Source of the DNA: Phallusia mammillata
Lineage: Eukaryota
DNA length: 64,000 nt
Assembly: GCA_965637545.1 (NCBI GenBank)
Contig: OZ281497.1
Coordinates: 19,220,001 to 19,284,000 of the forward strand
Direction: 5' to 3'
This document shows positions 13,301-25,198 of the stretch, piece after piece (position 1 is the first letter of the stretch; every line of letters starts with the position of its first letter). A program made the translations under genes and the position numbers. A model generated the notes under the pieces. The model saw only the letters and a program-made list of their open reading frames with translations, searched no databases and was not told the origin of the DNA.

Positions 13301-13943
13301 TCACGTATTGTGTGTTTGTGCTGTGCGAGTTTATACCGTTGTCTTTCGTTTTAGTCGTGTGATTCGTTGAATTGGTGGTCGTGTTTATCATGACCCACCT
13401 TACGTGACGCTTTGCATAAACAATGGCACGTAAAAGAAAGCGTTACATAGCACTTAAAATTATGTAAGGTAATTTTAACGGCCAAAACAAGTAATGACTT
13501 ATACTGTACGGCGTACGCTAAACAAACACTGCATTATGCCTACGAAGTATATAAGGTAATTTTTAACTTATTGGTCATGCTTATAGCAAGCAATTATTAC
13601 CGGTGCATTAGCTGTATGTATATTGTGTGTAACTTTTCTTCTTGCCTGTTTAATATGTGGTTTGTCATAGATCACATGACTTTAAAAACATCGTTATAAA
13701 CTTCGTACAGTTTTTGTCTAACCGACTTTTATTTTGGTTAAGTTATGTCTGTCAGTTTAATGTCATGTAAAAAAGACCCAATTATTTCAATGCCATTGTC
13801 CTTTACAAAACGCTACGTAACTTGACACAAACTCTAATTCAAAAGACGTTTTACAAACCTTCATTATAGCCTAATATACGAAGCGCCCTTGCAAGAGATT
13901 TCGTTCCAGTCTTTGGTGCACCAGCACAAATCACTTTTACCAT
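10350..13943 (-). CDS. Sulfotransfer_4-type (P-loop sulfotransferase-like) protein with C-terminal transmembrane anchor, 5 exons
   Basis: Exons 13943-13859, 12963-12782, 12394-12233, 12079-11969, 10556-10350, all GT-AG and in phase. Family motifs: MVKVICAGAPKTGTKSLARALRILGY, AVVDLPH..RWPDAKVILMTRD..SWFTS, HNCYVKETVPPNQLLVFN..EGWDPLCAYL..PFPFEN. Hydrophobic tail IILSVAPILFLVLIYYFFF. Confidence 0.88.
10635..11856. mobile_element. Non-autonomous piggyBac-type element in intron 4 of the sulfotransferase-like gene
   Basis: Perfect 13-bp TIRs CCCTTTAACTGCC (10635-10647) and GGCAGTTAAAGGG (11844-11856), each flanked by TTAA. No intact transposase ORF. Confidence 0.85.
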
Positions 13944-14302
13944 TTTTGTTAAAGTGCTGTTCTAAACTAAAAGCAGCATAAACATCAACACAATCCTGCT
14001 TCAGTGACAGTCCTGCTTTGATTAACTTCAAAGCAGCCTCAGTCACAGAAGTTTACCTGTGGCAACTGACATGCGGCGAAAGCGTCACGCTTGAAGCATT
14101 TGGAGGAATTTAAATCAGTCTGAAGCACAAACCCAGTCATCCGGAACACAATAACAAACATTTACGCAAAAGTTGTCAAAACTGCCTTCAATTCAACTTA
14201 AACATAACTACGCATTTTACCAAATTTTACGTACGGTCGTAACAACGACATCAACTTCTTAACTTTGCGGTGTTTTTTGTGTCTTAAATGGTTTATTTAG
14301 AC

Positions 14303-14511
14303 CAGTAGTTCTCAGCTGGATTTCTATGATGACTTTTCGGGTGGTCCACTACATTCGTTGATAGCTGTTAGTATTTGTATCTCACTTCTTGAAAATCGTT
14401 TTTGAAGAATTATGTTCAAATGGTTGTTTCGTATGCGTACTTCAATCTTACTCCAAAAAGAAATGGTCCACGATATTATTTTTACAGGCTGGAACGAGTT
14501 GGGAACCACTG
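14303..14511. mobile_element. hAT (Buster/Charlie-like) MITE
   Basis: TIRs CAGTAGTTCTCA and TGGGAACCACTG, with exact 8-bp TSD ATTTAGAC on both sides. Confidence 0.85.
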
Positions 14512-14538
14512 ATTTAGACTAGCCTATTGCGTAAGGGT

Positions 14539-14769
14539 TCATTTCTCTTTCTGCTTTTTAACCTCAACCTTCTTTTGATCCTTCTCGTCCACCTTTTTTC
14601 TGCTATCCCTTCTTCGTACCTTAAGTTTTGTTCGAATTAGGCGAAGATCCGGATAAACCGAATCCGGTTTACTGTATTCCGAACTGGATGTTTCTTGACT
14701 AATGACTTGGACCGCGAATTTTGCTTCTATGCTAACCGCCTTTTGTTTTCCAAAGCTGCCATTAACCAT
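14539..14769 (-). CDS. Short Lys/Arg-rich ORF of unknown function (possibly not a real gene)
   Basis: ATG-initiated 76-aa ORF ending in a charged tract (KVRRRDSRKKVDEKDQKKVEVKKQKEK). No recognised domain. Confidence 0.2.
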   Translation of the reverse strand: MVNGSFGKQKAVSIEAKFAVQVISQETSSSEYSKPDSVYPDLRLIRTKLKVRRRDSRKKVDEKDQKKVEVKKQKEK

Positions 14770-15606
14770 TTAATCGTCAATCAGACAATTCTAGTTATTG
14801 GCAAATTCTGTTTTGTGTGATAGACTGAACTCCCACTTCGCAGTCTATCATTATTTAGTCAGAGTAAGAAATATGTTACTTGCTTAATCTGGCCAAACCA
14901 AATGCTTGACAAGTGGCAATTATTATGGAAATTCCAAAACCAACAGATTTGTTGTTGATCTAAAACTCCCTTGCAATTTAAAAAAATAAGAATAACTGCA
15001 CACTTTACGTTTCACTTAAAATCACGCAACAACACACAGGGTGAATGAAATGAAAATTTGTCTAATAGACTTATTGCACAAACATATACATTAGAATGAC
15101 AACTGCTGTGGGGAACATCACACACGCTAATACATTGCGAAAATCAGATCTTACAGTCAAAAATATTTCAAGCTTATAAATGAGAAGTGGTTCCAAACCA
15201 ATCCCTTTACGTTTGGTCCAATGTATAACCCTTTTTTGACATGTTAAATCTCATAAATTGTTAGCATTACCCACCCTAGGTTGTGTAGAAGGGAGCATAA
15301 TATACATTTAGAGTCGGATGTGCCTTTTGATTTCGATACCACACGAAAATTTTCAACACCTTTTTACCAAAGTATACTGGGCCAGTTCGTGGATCGTGCA
15401 CAAAATTTTTCTCAATCATGAGCCGTTGATGCTGTTTTGATAATTGCTACAGACGAATGGCAAATCATAGGCTGAATACACAAAACGGGATTGAGACTTA
15501 AATGGAAAAATGCGCTACACGTTCGATCGCCAATAATGTAAACGGATAGTGGAGAAAAAGCGAAAAAACATTCTGAAATAGGAACATTGCGAGGTGAAGT
15601 AAAAAC

Positions 15607-16034
15607 TAGTGATGCACCGAAGTTTCGGTTGGCCGGAACATTTCGGCCGAATACGCTGGTTTTCGATGTTTCGGTTTCGGCCCGAACTTTTTTGAAAATT
15701 CGGCCGAAACCGAACTTTTTGATTGCATGGAATTAATACCCAAATTTTCATTTTCGCCAATACGAAACATCATAAATTAACTATTTTTTGTATCTATAAA
15801 ATACTTGCCACATTGTCTGCGAAATGTTACAAGTTTAGTGAAGCTTTCGCATTGTGAAAGTGATTTTGGTTGTCATAACTGAGTTCACTTGCATCAACAA
15901 CACAAGGTTCAGTTAAAAACACCCATAAGAAATGCGGTTTTAGGTTCGGCCTGATTCGGCCGAAATTATTCGGCCTCGTGGCCAAATATTCGGTTTCGGC
16001 CCGAACCTTTTTAGGCGGGTTCGGTGCATCACTA
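15607..16034. mobile_element. hAT (Ac-type target) MITE
   Basis: TIRs TAGTGATGCACCGAA and TTCGGTGCATCACTA, internal TTCGG/CCGAA subterminal repeats, exact 8-bp TSD GTAAAAAC. Confidence 0.88.
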
Positions 16035-16317
16035 GTAAAAACGTAAATATGACATTGGTTCGTTTGAATCAGAAAATCAAAAATGAAATCACATGTTGCT
16101 ACAAACACCATTCAACTCAACAATACTTTGACCAAATAGACAGTTAACGAATAAGATCCAACTTAAGGGTTTGATGCGTTACTTTATTTTTAATTATGTA
16201 GCTGCAAAAAATAATTTCTACTTCTTAACATTTTAAAATTTGTGGGCCACCTGCACCTAAATACCAAATCAAGCTGATATCCAGAAATAAGCCTATGAAA
16301 TGATTGACATTGAGAAA

Positions 16318-19300
16318 TCATACTCTTGGTCCGGACTTATCCACTGTGACTGACTTGCGCAAACCTCCCTTCTTAAATCCCTGTATGGAGCCGAGCAGCG
16401 CTCCTCTTCCTGCTCCTGACGCTTGGGGTGGAGGAGACACCGGAGGAGCAGGAGGAATGGGAGGAGCCATAGAAGGAGGAGGCGGCGGAGGAGGAGGAAT
16501 ACTTGTAACTGCGGGTAAATTCGCAAGTTCAATACAGATGTTAGGGTTTAAATAGGAATAAATGAGTTAGTTGCAGGGTAACTAGCCGAGGCTGAAAATC
16601 AATGAGTAACAACGTTGCAGAAGAACAAAAAACGGCTGCTATGTTGTTAAAAAGCCTTGGTAGAAATTGTGTTAGATGGTCATAGCGTGACATGAACCGA
16701 AGATGGGTGCCCTGTAGCTGAATGGAAAAGAGGAATATGAAAGTTATTCAACTCTTAACTGGTTTCATTGTTTTGTTCCAGAAAATACCCATTTGCTCGT
16801 GAACTTTTTTTTCGGGGAGTCTGTATTATCGAAACCTCGTTTGTATGTCATTTGAGCGTGCCTTATAGATACCTGCGAAGTTACCGACTTCAATTCAGTT
16901 CTTTGACAAGTAAAAAACAAACTTATACGGCGAGGTATTTAGCAGCCCAAACAAACAGAAAGCGAGTCTTCACACTCCAGCATAAGGTACTCCGTAAGTA
17001 TGCCAGTAATAAATTCAAATAAATAAACTGATCAATCTTTTGTATGTCTTGTTTGCAACATCTGTGCAACCAAATGTTCTGAAACATTCGGAAATAAACA
17101 AGATTCTACAACAGAATTTGTTTTTTTTCCAAATTAAAAAACGACACCTCAGATAATGCGGCATACGTTTTCAAAAACCAAAGAAAGGTTTGTTTTGTGT
17201 TGTGGATTTTTTGAGTCAAATAATTGGAACAAAACAGGAAGTTAGTAAATTTTTGTGCAAATCAGTGACATGTTGCCATGTTTGGACACCCAAATTAATT
17301 AACAGGTACTACAGGAAACTCTCCGTCACCGCATGGTGGCGCAGGCAAGCAAGTATCATCTCTGTGACGTCATGCACACACATGCAAACACGCAACGAGC
17401 AACCGTGCACAAACCTGACCTTCCAGTCCTGTTTTATGACGTTGAAGCTTCATGGAAAGAACAATGGAATAATTCGAGAACACGGTAGCAATAAAAAGGT
17501 ATTGATGCAGCAAAATTATCACTTTGACAACTGATTGTATTTTGTTTTAAAGTCAAAAGTGGGCCCAAATAAATTTGTTTTTTTTACCAAATGTGAGTTG
17601 TTACAACACAATCTTTTCTTTCAACTTCCGTTTTTGTAAATTTGCAATAGGGACAGATGGTTTCAGAAACAACATACTTATGTTACCTACAAACATGTTT
17701 CTAAAAACTGAAACAATACAGATACCGGGAAAAGATATTTGATGTAGCTCTACTTGTTATAATATTTAGAAAAGCTGGTACAAGCATATTTTCCACACAT
17801 AACAGGTAATTGCAAAAATCCCACTACCTTAACATAAGGTTTACTCCAGCAAAACTAGATCAGATTTAGATTTGTAAACCATTCATAGATTTAAAAAAAA
17901 CTACAGTTGCTTTAGTCTAAAGTAACACAACAGTCTTTTACAAAACGTTATTTAATGGTATCACTACCTTGAAAGTGAATACACCAAAGTCCTACCAAAA
18001 CCTATGTGTTATTTAATCAGCAAACTAATACTTCAAACCGCATAACAAAACCCAAAACCTTGACAGAATACCAATGAAAATCAAGCAATAAACGCAACCA
18101 GTCGGTGGATCCAAGGCGGTGTTGGTTAAAAGCGAGTGAAGGTTGATAAAAAATGAACAATGCAGATGGTGACATAATAATTACCTGGTGTTGTTGCCTC
18201 ACTAGATGTCGCTGTTGGTGTTGGAGTTGTTGGAGTACTCGCCTCTGAAAAATATATTGTCAAACCCAACAATGAAAACAATTTGGTTCAAAATGTTATG
18301 CCTCTAAATAGGAAACTCAAGAATTTAGCAATAAAGGTTACAAGTTTGAAACCTATGAACTATCTAGGTTGGTTAACTGCTGTTTGCCATGTGAATATAT
18401 ATTGGATGTAAGTCAATACTAGAAGGGTGGCTTAGCACATATTGCCCTTGCATATACACTATAGCATATTTTGAAACATTAATATATTTCCTACACTTAT
18501 TTATATATGGGTCCTATATCATCCACTGTCTTTTATAACCTTGGTTTATAACCATGGGTCCCCCACACATGCAAAGTTGTAAATAATGCACTTCAAGAGA
18601 TAACAATGAGAAAGTTTGGTATTGTTAAGTCAAACACAGTGAATGGTACTGAGCATTTATAAATATGCTATATCCAGTACAAACTATTTAAATTCATTCC
18701 ATTCATACACTCTTGAAGGTTTTTTTAATTTATGGTCATCTGAGCAAAAAAGTGTTAAATAGTGAGAAAATAGAACAAAACGAAACAATCAGCTCCTATT
18801 AATGGCGAATTGCACGCCATTATAGGGGGCCAGTGGAGTAAATAATAGGGCTACAGGGTTGAACACAACAATCAACACCTATAAATGGTGCTGTACAAGC
18901 TGTACAAATTTCATTTAATTCAGACATTGTTTAAAAAATTGAACCATTTTGGGGGGCTAGTGGGGTAAATGTTGGGGCAACAGGGTTGAACATAACAATC
19001 GACAATTTTAAATAACATACTCTAAAAGGTTTCAAAATTTCATTCAATTCAGACATTATTGTTGGGGCAACAGGGTTGAACACAACAATTGACACCCATA
19101 AATGACTAATTCTAAATACTGGGGTTATCAAGTCAAACGAAGCAGGGGACACATTTACATGACCATATCTACCATCTGTGAAAGTTTCATCCAAATCCAT
19201 CAGAGATTTGATGCCAAAAGTGCATGGACAAACTTCAGCGGAAAAAAAGAAAAAAAAAAAAAAGAAAAAAAACTGAGTGAAATCAAGATGCGTCCCCTTC

Positions 19301-22300
19301 AAGAAAGGGGACCCATAATTAGCACATGGGGACTTTTACTCTAGGTTTTATACACTTGATGAATTGCAGATCACCTCTTAACACTTTATTTCATAATCTA
19401 ACAAGACAGAAAGTCATTTCTTTGTTGAACTTACTTGACTGGTCTGGATTCTCTTCAACAAGCTCCAGCTTCTTTTGAGATTTCTACAAACCACATAAAT
19501 CGATAAAGGTTTACAGCTTCATCACACATGGCCATCTTTATTTCCACACCAAACAATTTATGAAGATGTACTAGCACTAGCACATGAATATGATCAGATA
19601 AAAGTTTTTTTTTGTTCAGATAATAACAAGCTACAATCATGTAAATATAACACAAATAGATTTTATGTCATTAATAAAAAAAATTTCTCTGTTTGTCTTT
19701 TGCATTTAAGCACAAACTACAGGTTCATCTACATATTCATGGGCCATATACTGGTTAAGATATTCAAACAACAAACCTTTCTTGCTTCTAATTTCCTCCT
19801 TCTCCTTTCACTCTCTGAATTGTGGTGAACTTTTGCCTTGGACAAACGTCGTACTTGTCCAATCTGTACACAAGGTAGTTGGGTCATAATATATCACTTA
19901 CCAATTGGCAATTAACAATAAACCCATCAACCATCTAATGACAACAAGTGAAAAAGAAAGTTATTTACTGCTAGTTTTGCAGTTTCACAAGGATGCTAGT
20001 ATGCAATATCAGCAAATCTAATAGGGAATTCTGCAATTTAGCTTTTCATTAAAAATATCATCACAATTATGCATGATCTCACACATGAAAAGATGTTACT
20101 TATGTATTATAGGAGACAAGCAGGTAAGGCTGGGCCTACAGGATCAAACACAGCAATCAATACACTGCTAAGAACAAGTAGTTAACATTCTAATTTCAAC
20201 CAGCTCAGGCAATGTTTAGTATTTCCATAACACAGCAATAACTAACATTTAAAAAAACATAATTTTCACTGCTTGTCAGAATGAACATATATTACACATT
20301 TCACTTTTGTATCTAACAGCCTTAAAAATTAATATCAAATCAACATTCTATGCCAAAAAAAACTGCAGAAAAAATTAAAGTGTGCCCCGTCTGGAACAAA
20401 GAAATACTAATGACCATTGAGGTAACTAATATTAATCAACAAACTGACAAAATGGCACAGGACACAATCATTCACTTAAAAGTAACCAATGACTATTCTT
20501 ACTTGTACCAATATGTAACTTACTACTTTCTGTTCTTCCTTTAATTTTCTCTCCAAAGCTTCTTTGTACTGCCGGAAAGTTTCCTTCAATTTACTAGGGA
20601 TCTACAAAATATGTTTCTTTTAGCATTAATGTTCAAAACCAACAAGGTTATCTGCAACATTTGTACCTTTAACTGTGGCTTAATTCCAACAGTTGTTACA
20701 GTTTCATCAGCAAAGAATGGGTGACTGAGTAGACCTTCAAGGGTTGGCAAGCCATTTTTGCATGCTTCTGAACTTAAAATTGATTCCAAAACAGACCCTG
20801 AAAATGCATAAGTTTGCAGCAAACGCAAAGGAAACATGAATCCATCAAACAAAAATGATTTTTTTTGCATATTGTTTGGCAATTTATTTTTGTGTAATAG
20901 TAAGGAGAAACTCACTAATTTCTGCAGGACTTTGTGGCGGAAGGAAGTCAATTGTTGCTTGGTTAAGTGGGCGCCCATAAACCATTTCATACAGTAGTTG
21001 ACCAAAGCTGTACACATCGATTGACTCAGAACTCTGACATAAATAGGATGAAATTTAGAACACTACATGAGTTTTGTTGGCACACAATGGGGACACTGTT
21101 TTTCTCAGCAGAAAAGTTTTGCCTTGTAGTTGAAAATTAAATTTTGAATGAGATAGCTGCAGATAAGTTCAGTTATCTGCAGCTATCTCATTCAAAATTT
21201 AATTTTTAAATTTGATAACTTACATGGACTTTTCGAAACTGGCTGTAGAATGGTTTATAGAATGGTGGAATTCCCAAGAGATAATTCTCAATGTCCGTTA
21301 GCTTGCAGACTTCCTTTTCAATCAAAACATTTCCTGCAACAAACACAAATTGGACATGTCCTTTGTAAATACAGTTTTGTACAAAACAACACATATGATA
21401 GACACAAATATAGAAAAAGCAGCACATAACCTTTATATAACTTTCTCACACCATTTTCACATACCTGAGTGCAAGTGGTGAAAGGCAAGACCTTTATCAT
21501 TTAGAAATTTCAAAACCTGAAACATTAATTTTTATATGATAAAACAATAGAAGTTCACATCGTCCTGTGACAAATACAACTTACTTCCAAAATTTGTCTT
21601 CCGTATTGTCTTAGCTCCGGAATGGGCAAGCATATGGGTGATTTGGGGTTTGCATATTTCTTTAAAAAAGGTGTTTTCATCGTCTTAGTCTGAAAAAAAA
21701 ATGGTGTCATCTCAACATTTGTGAATCATTTAAGAGTGACTATATTTAAGAGTAGTATAGCTATACTTCTATTTTTCAGCCAGTGGAAGATAGGCAACAG
21801 AGCTACTTGAAAGTATTACAATTCAATTATGTACTGGTTATTTGGCCTTCAAGTGCCTAATTGTGTTTGAAAGCAAGTTGCCCAATGACTCTAATTGTTA
21901 CTAATAATCATTTCACATTAAAATAATGCCTGTTTGTGCCAAAAAACTTAAAACCTGCCAAAAATGCAGAAAATTTGCAACAATATTAATCCTCCAAAGA
22001 TGCCCACATCTCTGTTATAATCTTGCACACATTTTTGACAAATATCTGTGCCACATCAAAAAACCATGATATATATAAGCAGACTACATCAACACAGCTT
22101 GGACATTTGAAGGTTTAAATGCCTGTAAACATACGACATCTCAGTAAAAAAATTACATCTTATTTTGTTGCTGTTTTTATCATCATGCTGATTGATTGTA
22201 GATTTTGTTACTGAGATGTTTCTTCCTAAAGATCATAACGAAACCTTGATTGTGTCTATTTACAGCAAACATTATGTAGCAAAATTCGCACATTGCCAAC

Positions 22301-25198
22301 AATACCTTGCATATATAGTCTCTAAGAGAGCCATCTTTATGGAACCCTTTTATTGTAAGTGCACCATTTTCATTTGCAAGTGCATGGGCGATAGGATAAA
22401 TAGAAGGATGCTAAAAAACAAAAAAGTATTATTAAATCAGAAGCAATTTTCCAAGAAAATGTAATACCACTAGTTGCAACAAGTACCTGTATGTTTGGAA
22501 GAAGTTTCATTACAGAAGCTTGATCTTTTGAAGAAAGCAAACGATCTGGGCCGTACTCAACCTGAGATAAACATACAAGTTGAAAACAGCAAGGTGAACT
22601 CAACGCAGCTTTGAATTCACTAAACCAATAATCTAGCCTTTTTTCATTAAATTTGTTGTGTGATTGCTATTTGGGATTAGGTTAAGAAAATATTAACTAG
22701 AATGGTGGCTTTCTGATATACTTCCATTTTATATATTTTATACGATATTTACCAATTTACTATACACATCATTTGATCTACACATATGATTGTTTTTGTA
22801 AACAAAAACTAATGGGTCCCCACATGCGTGTTTGTGCGGAGTTACGGTAAACAAATGTTGCGGTGATTTTTAAATTCTTAAGAACAAATTTTTAGAAAGC
22901 GTTAACACAACAATGAAAAATTTTGTTGTATTTTTTGGCACTATTATTGTCGTATAATTACAAAAACATTAAAAAAGAACGAAACAAATACTTTCAATTT
23001 AATCTCTTGCTTTGACCCAGATATTGTCGTCCAAGGTCGGGTTTTAAACACAATTTTTTCTAGAAAGCTGTAACAGTTGTGTTACAGACAATTAAAAAGC
23101 GATTTGCCGCAAGTGTATACATCATTTAACTTTGTTTCGCAAAACGAGTTTTTCATTTAACTTTGTTTCGCAAAATGAGTAGGCCTACCATTGACCTGTA
23201 GGAACCTTTAGGGTGCACACACCAAACGACTGTTTGACCTTTTGACACCGTTTTCAATAGCACGCCGTCCTTGGTGTTCAACAACACCGTTTGACCTAAT
23301 TTATACATGCCTTGAGTATTTGATTAAAAAAAAACAAAAAAAAACGCTACGTTATGGCGAAAGAAAGTTCTGAACTGTGTTAGTAATACCTACTAATTGA
23401 CCTTAAGTAACCCGCGGCCAACCTGACAACGAGCATTTAAAAAACTTTTATCTTGCAAAAAAGTCAAGTTTATTTTTTCATATTTAGTTTGTTTAACAAA
23501 GTTTTGCTTGACATTATACGAAACCGAAGCACGCTTATTAGGTTTAAATCGCGTCATATGTGTGAAACCTTTGCCAAAACTGAAAATGTGAGTGATAACT
23601 TAATAAAACGACATAGCATTGCTGTGCAAAACAGCTGATTTCTAATCACCGAAACGACGTCTCGTAAAACGTCTGTCCGACGTCAAGCTGAGCCCTCCCG
23701 CTCTGCCCTATTATTCGTAAACGTACTCTCTTGGGACTTCTGCCTACAGTGTCTTTCTTGACCAAACGAGCGTTAGACACATTTACGTTTCGGGGGCCTG
23801 TGGATGTGTCGCTGGGTCATTCGGGGTCAAACTTCAGGTGGACCAAGTTCAGATTAATATGTAACATATGTCCAAATTTCAATAAATTTGAAGCACTCTT
23901 TCTTTACTAAACAAGCGTTACAAACCAGCGTTAAAAATTTTACGTCTCGGGGGCCTGTGGGTGAACCGCTGGGTAATTTGGGGTCAAACTTCTGGTGGAC
24001 CAAGTTTGAATTAATATCTAACATATGTCCAAATTTCAATAAATTTAAAGCACGCTTTCTTCACTAAACGAGCGTTACAGACCAGCGTTAAAAATTTTAC
24101 GTTTCGGGGGCCTGTGGGTGAACCGCTGGGTAATTTGGGGTCAAACTTCAGGTGGACCAAGTTTGGATTAATATCTAACATATGTCCAAATTTGAATAAA
24201 TTTGAAGCACTCTTTCTTGACCAAACGAGCGTTACAAACCAGCGTTAGACAGAAAAAAGAAAAAAGAAAAAAGAAAAAAGAAAAAAAGAAAAAAAAAATA
24301 CGGACAAAAACAATATGTGTCCCCTTCAGGGAAGGGGACCCATAATTATCATTTACCCAAGATAGCAACATTCTTTGCTTTGGCTGATCTTTAGGCTTTA
24401 TAAGAAAAAAGCTTTTTCTTATTCGCCAGCCCATTTCACGCAAGGGTTCCACAACTTCCCATGATGGATCTGACCGCAGAAACATGGATACAAACTGCAG
24501 TGCCAATTCTAGAATTAAAAATGTTGTTAGTTTGGAATTGAAAGCAGAAACTAACCTTTCACAGGCCTGTGTGATTTGTGTTATAATTGATAGTGTCCAG
24601 AAACTTCTTCACAACATCACTGGCAGCTAACATTGGATGTTTGAGGATGGTAGTCATTAAAGTCTCAAGCCCATGCTGCCGCTCAGCAATAAACTCCCTT
24701 TCCATGTTGCCCAGCAACCGCTTTGGAGGTAATGGAAGTTCCACACCAGCCACTTTGAGCGTTTCATGCAGAACCACAAAGTCATTGTACCTCCGTCGAA
24801 TCTATGTTTCATTGCTCATTATTAAGTATTTTCTGAGTTAACTTTGAAAAAAAAAACACCTAGTCTTCAAACTATTCCACCGTGAGCTAGCAGCTTACAT
24901 TACAAAAAAACATACAAGAGTTTGATTCTAATTACCAGTAGTTTAAATTGTATAAAATTGAGCATTACTAAATTAACTTACCTCCCATGTATTTTCTTTT
25001 AATGGACCACGCTGAATTCGCAGAATAAATTCCTACAAAACACACTATGTTATGCCACATGTGCATAATTAATGACATCAAAGCAAAGCAACTCAAACTT
25101 ACAGTGTGGGACTGGACTGTTTCTGTTCCAGTAATAACACAGGTCAATGGAATGGTGTCATCAATGACTGGTGGCTTTTCTTTGTCCAACACAGACAT
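16318..25198 (-). CDS. PXK: PX domain-containing protein kinase-like protein (PX + pseudokinase + proline-rich + WH2), 16 coding exons
   Basis: Exons 25198-25103, 25032-24982, 24801-24567, 24508-24357, 22561-22487, 22410-22306, 21689-21585, 21516-21465, 21333-21224, 21033-20916, 20797-20667, 20601-20524, 19863-19777, 19483-19435, 18244-18185, 16508-16318. The translation follows vertebrate PXK throughout (IDDTIPLT, LPLPPKRLLGNMEREFIAERQ, WEVVEPLREMGWRIRK, SSEACKNGLPT, GRGALLGSIQGFKKGGLRK). Intron 3 needs a GC donor. Confidence 0.96.
18790..19320 (+). repeat. Helentron-associated (HINE/DINE-1/Pearl-like) non-autonomous element in a PXK intron
   Basis: Three copies of the core GGGCAACAGGGTTGAACACAACAATYGACA, an A-rich microsatellite and a terminal hairpin TCCCCTT-CAAGA-AAGGGGA followed by CCCATAATT. 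The 5' boundary is approximate. Confidence 0.55.
21133..21206. repeat. Perfect 34-bp inverted repeat with 6-nt loop in PXK intron 9
   Basis: Arm AAAATTAAATTTTGAATGAGATAGCTGCAGATAA, loop GTTCAG, then the exact reverse complement. Confidence 0.95.
23650..24347 (+). repeat. Helentron-associated (HINE/Pearl-like) element with ~3.3 tandem 157-bp cores
   Basis: The GCAC anchor recurs at 23893, 24050 and 24207 (157-bp period). It is followed by a (GAAAAAA)n microsatellite and terminal hairpin TCCCCTTC-AGG-GAAGGGGA plus CCCATAATT. The 5' boundary is approximate. Confidence 0.65.

Noticed and set aside
23190-23405. Cluster of TGACCT nuclear-receptor half-sites in PXK intron 4
   Set aside because: There is no consistent DR or IR spacing, and such words are common in adjacent repeat-derived DNA.
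23750-24250. CRISPR-like array
   Set aside because: These are contiguous 157-bp tandem units without unique spacers, in a eukaryotic intron.
24556-24566. Selenocysteine or readthrough of TGA in PXK exon 3
   Set aside because: A GC donor gives exact length and sequence agreement with vertebrate PXK without needing readthrough.
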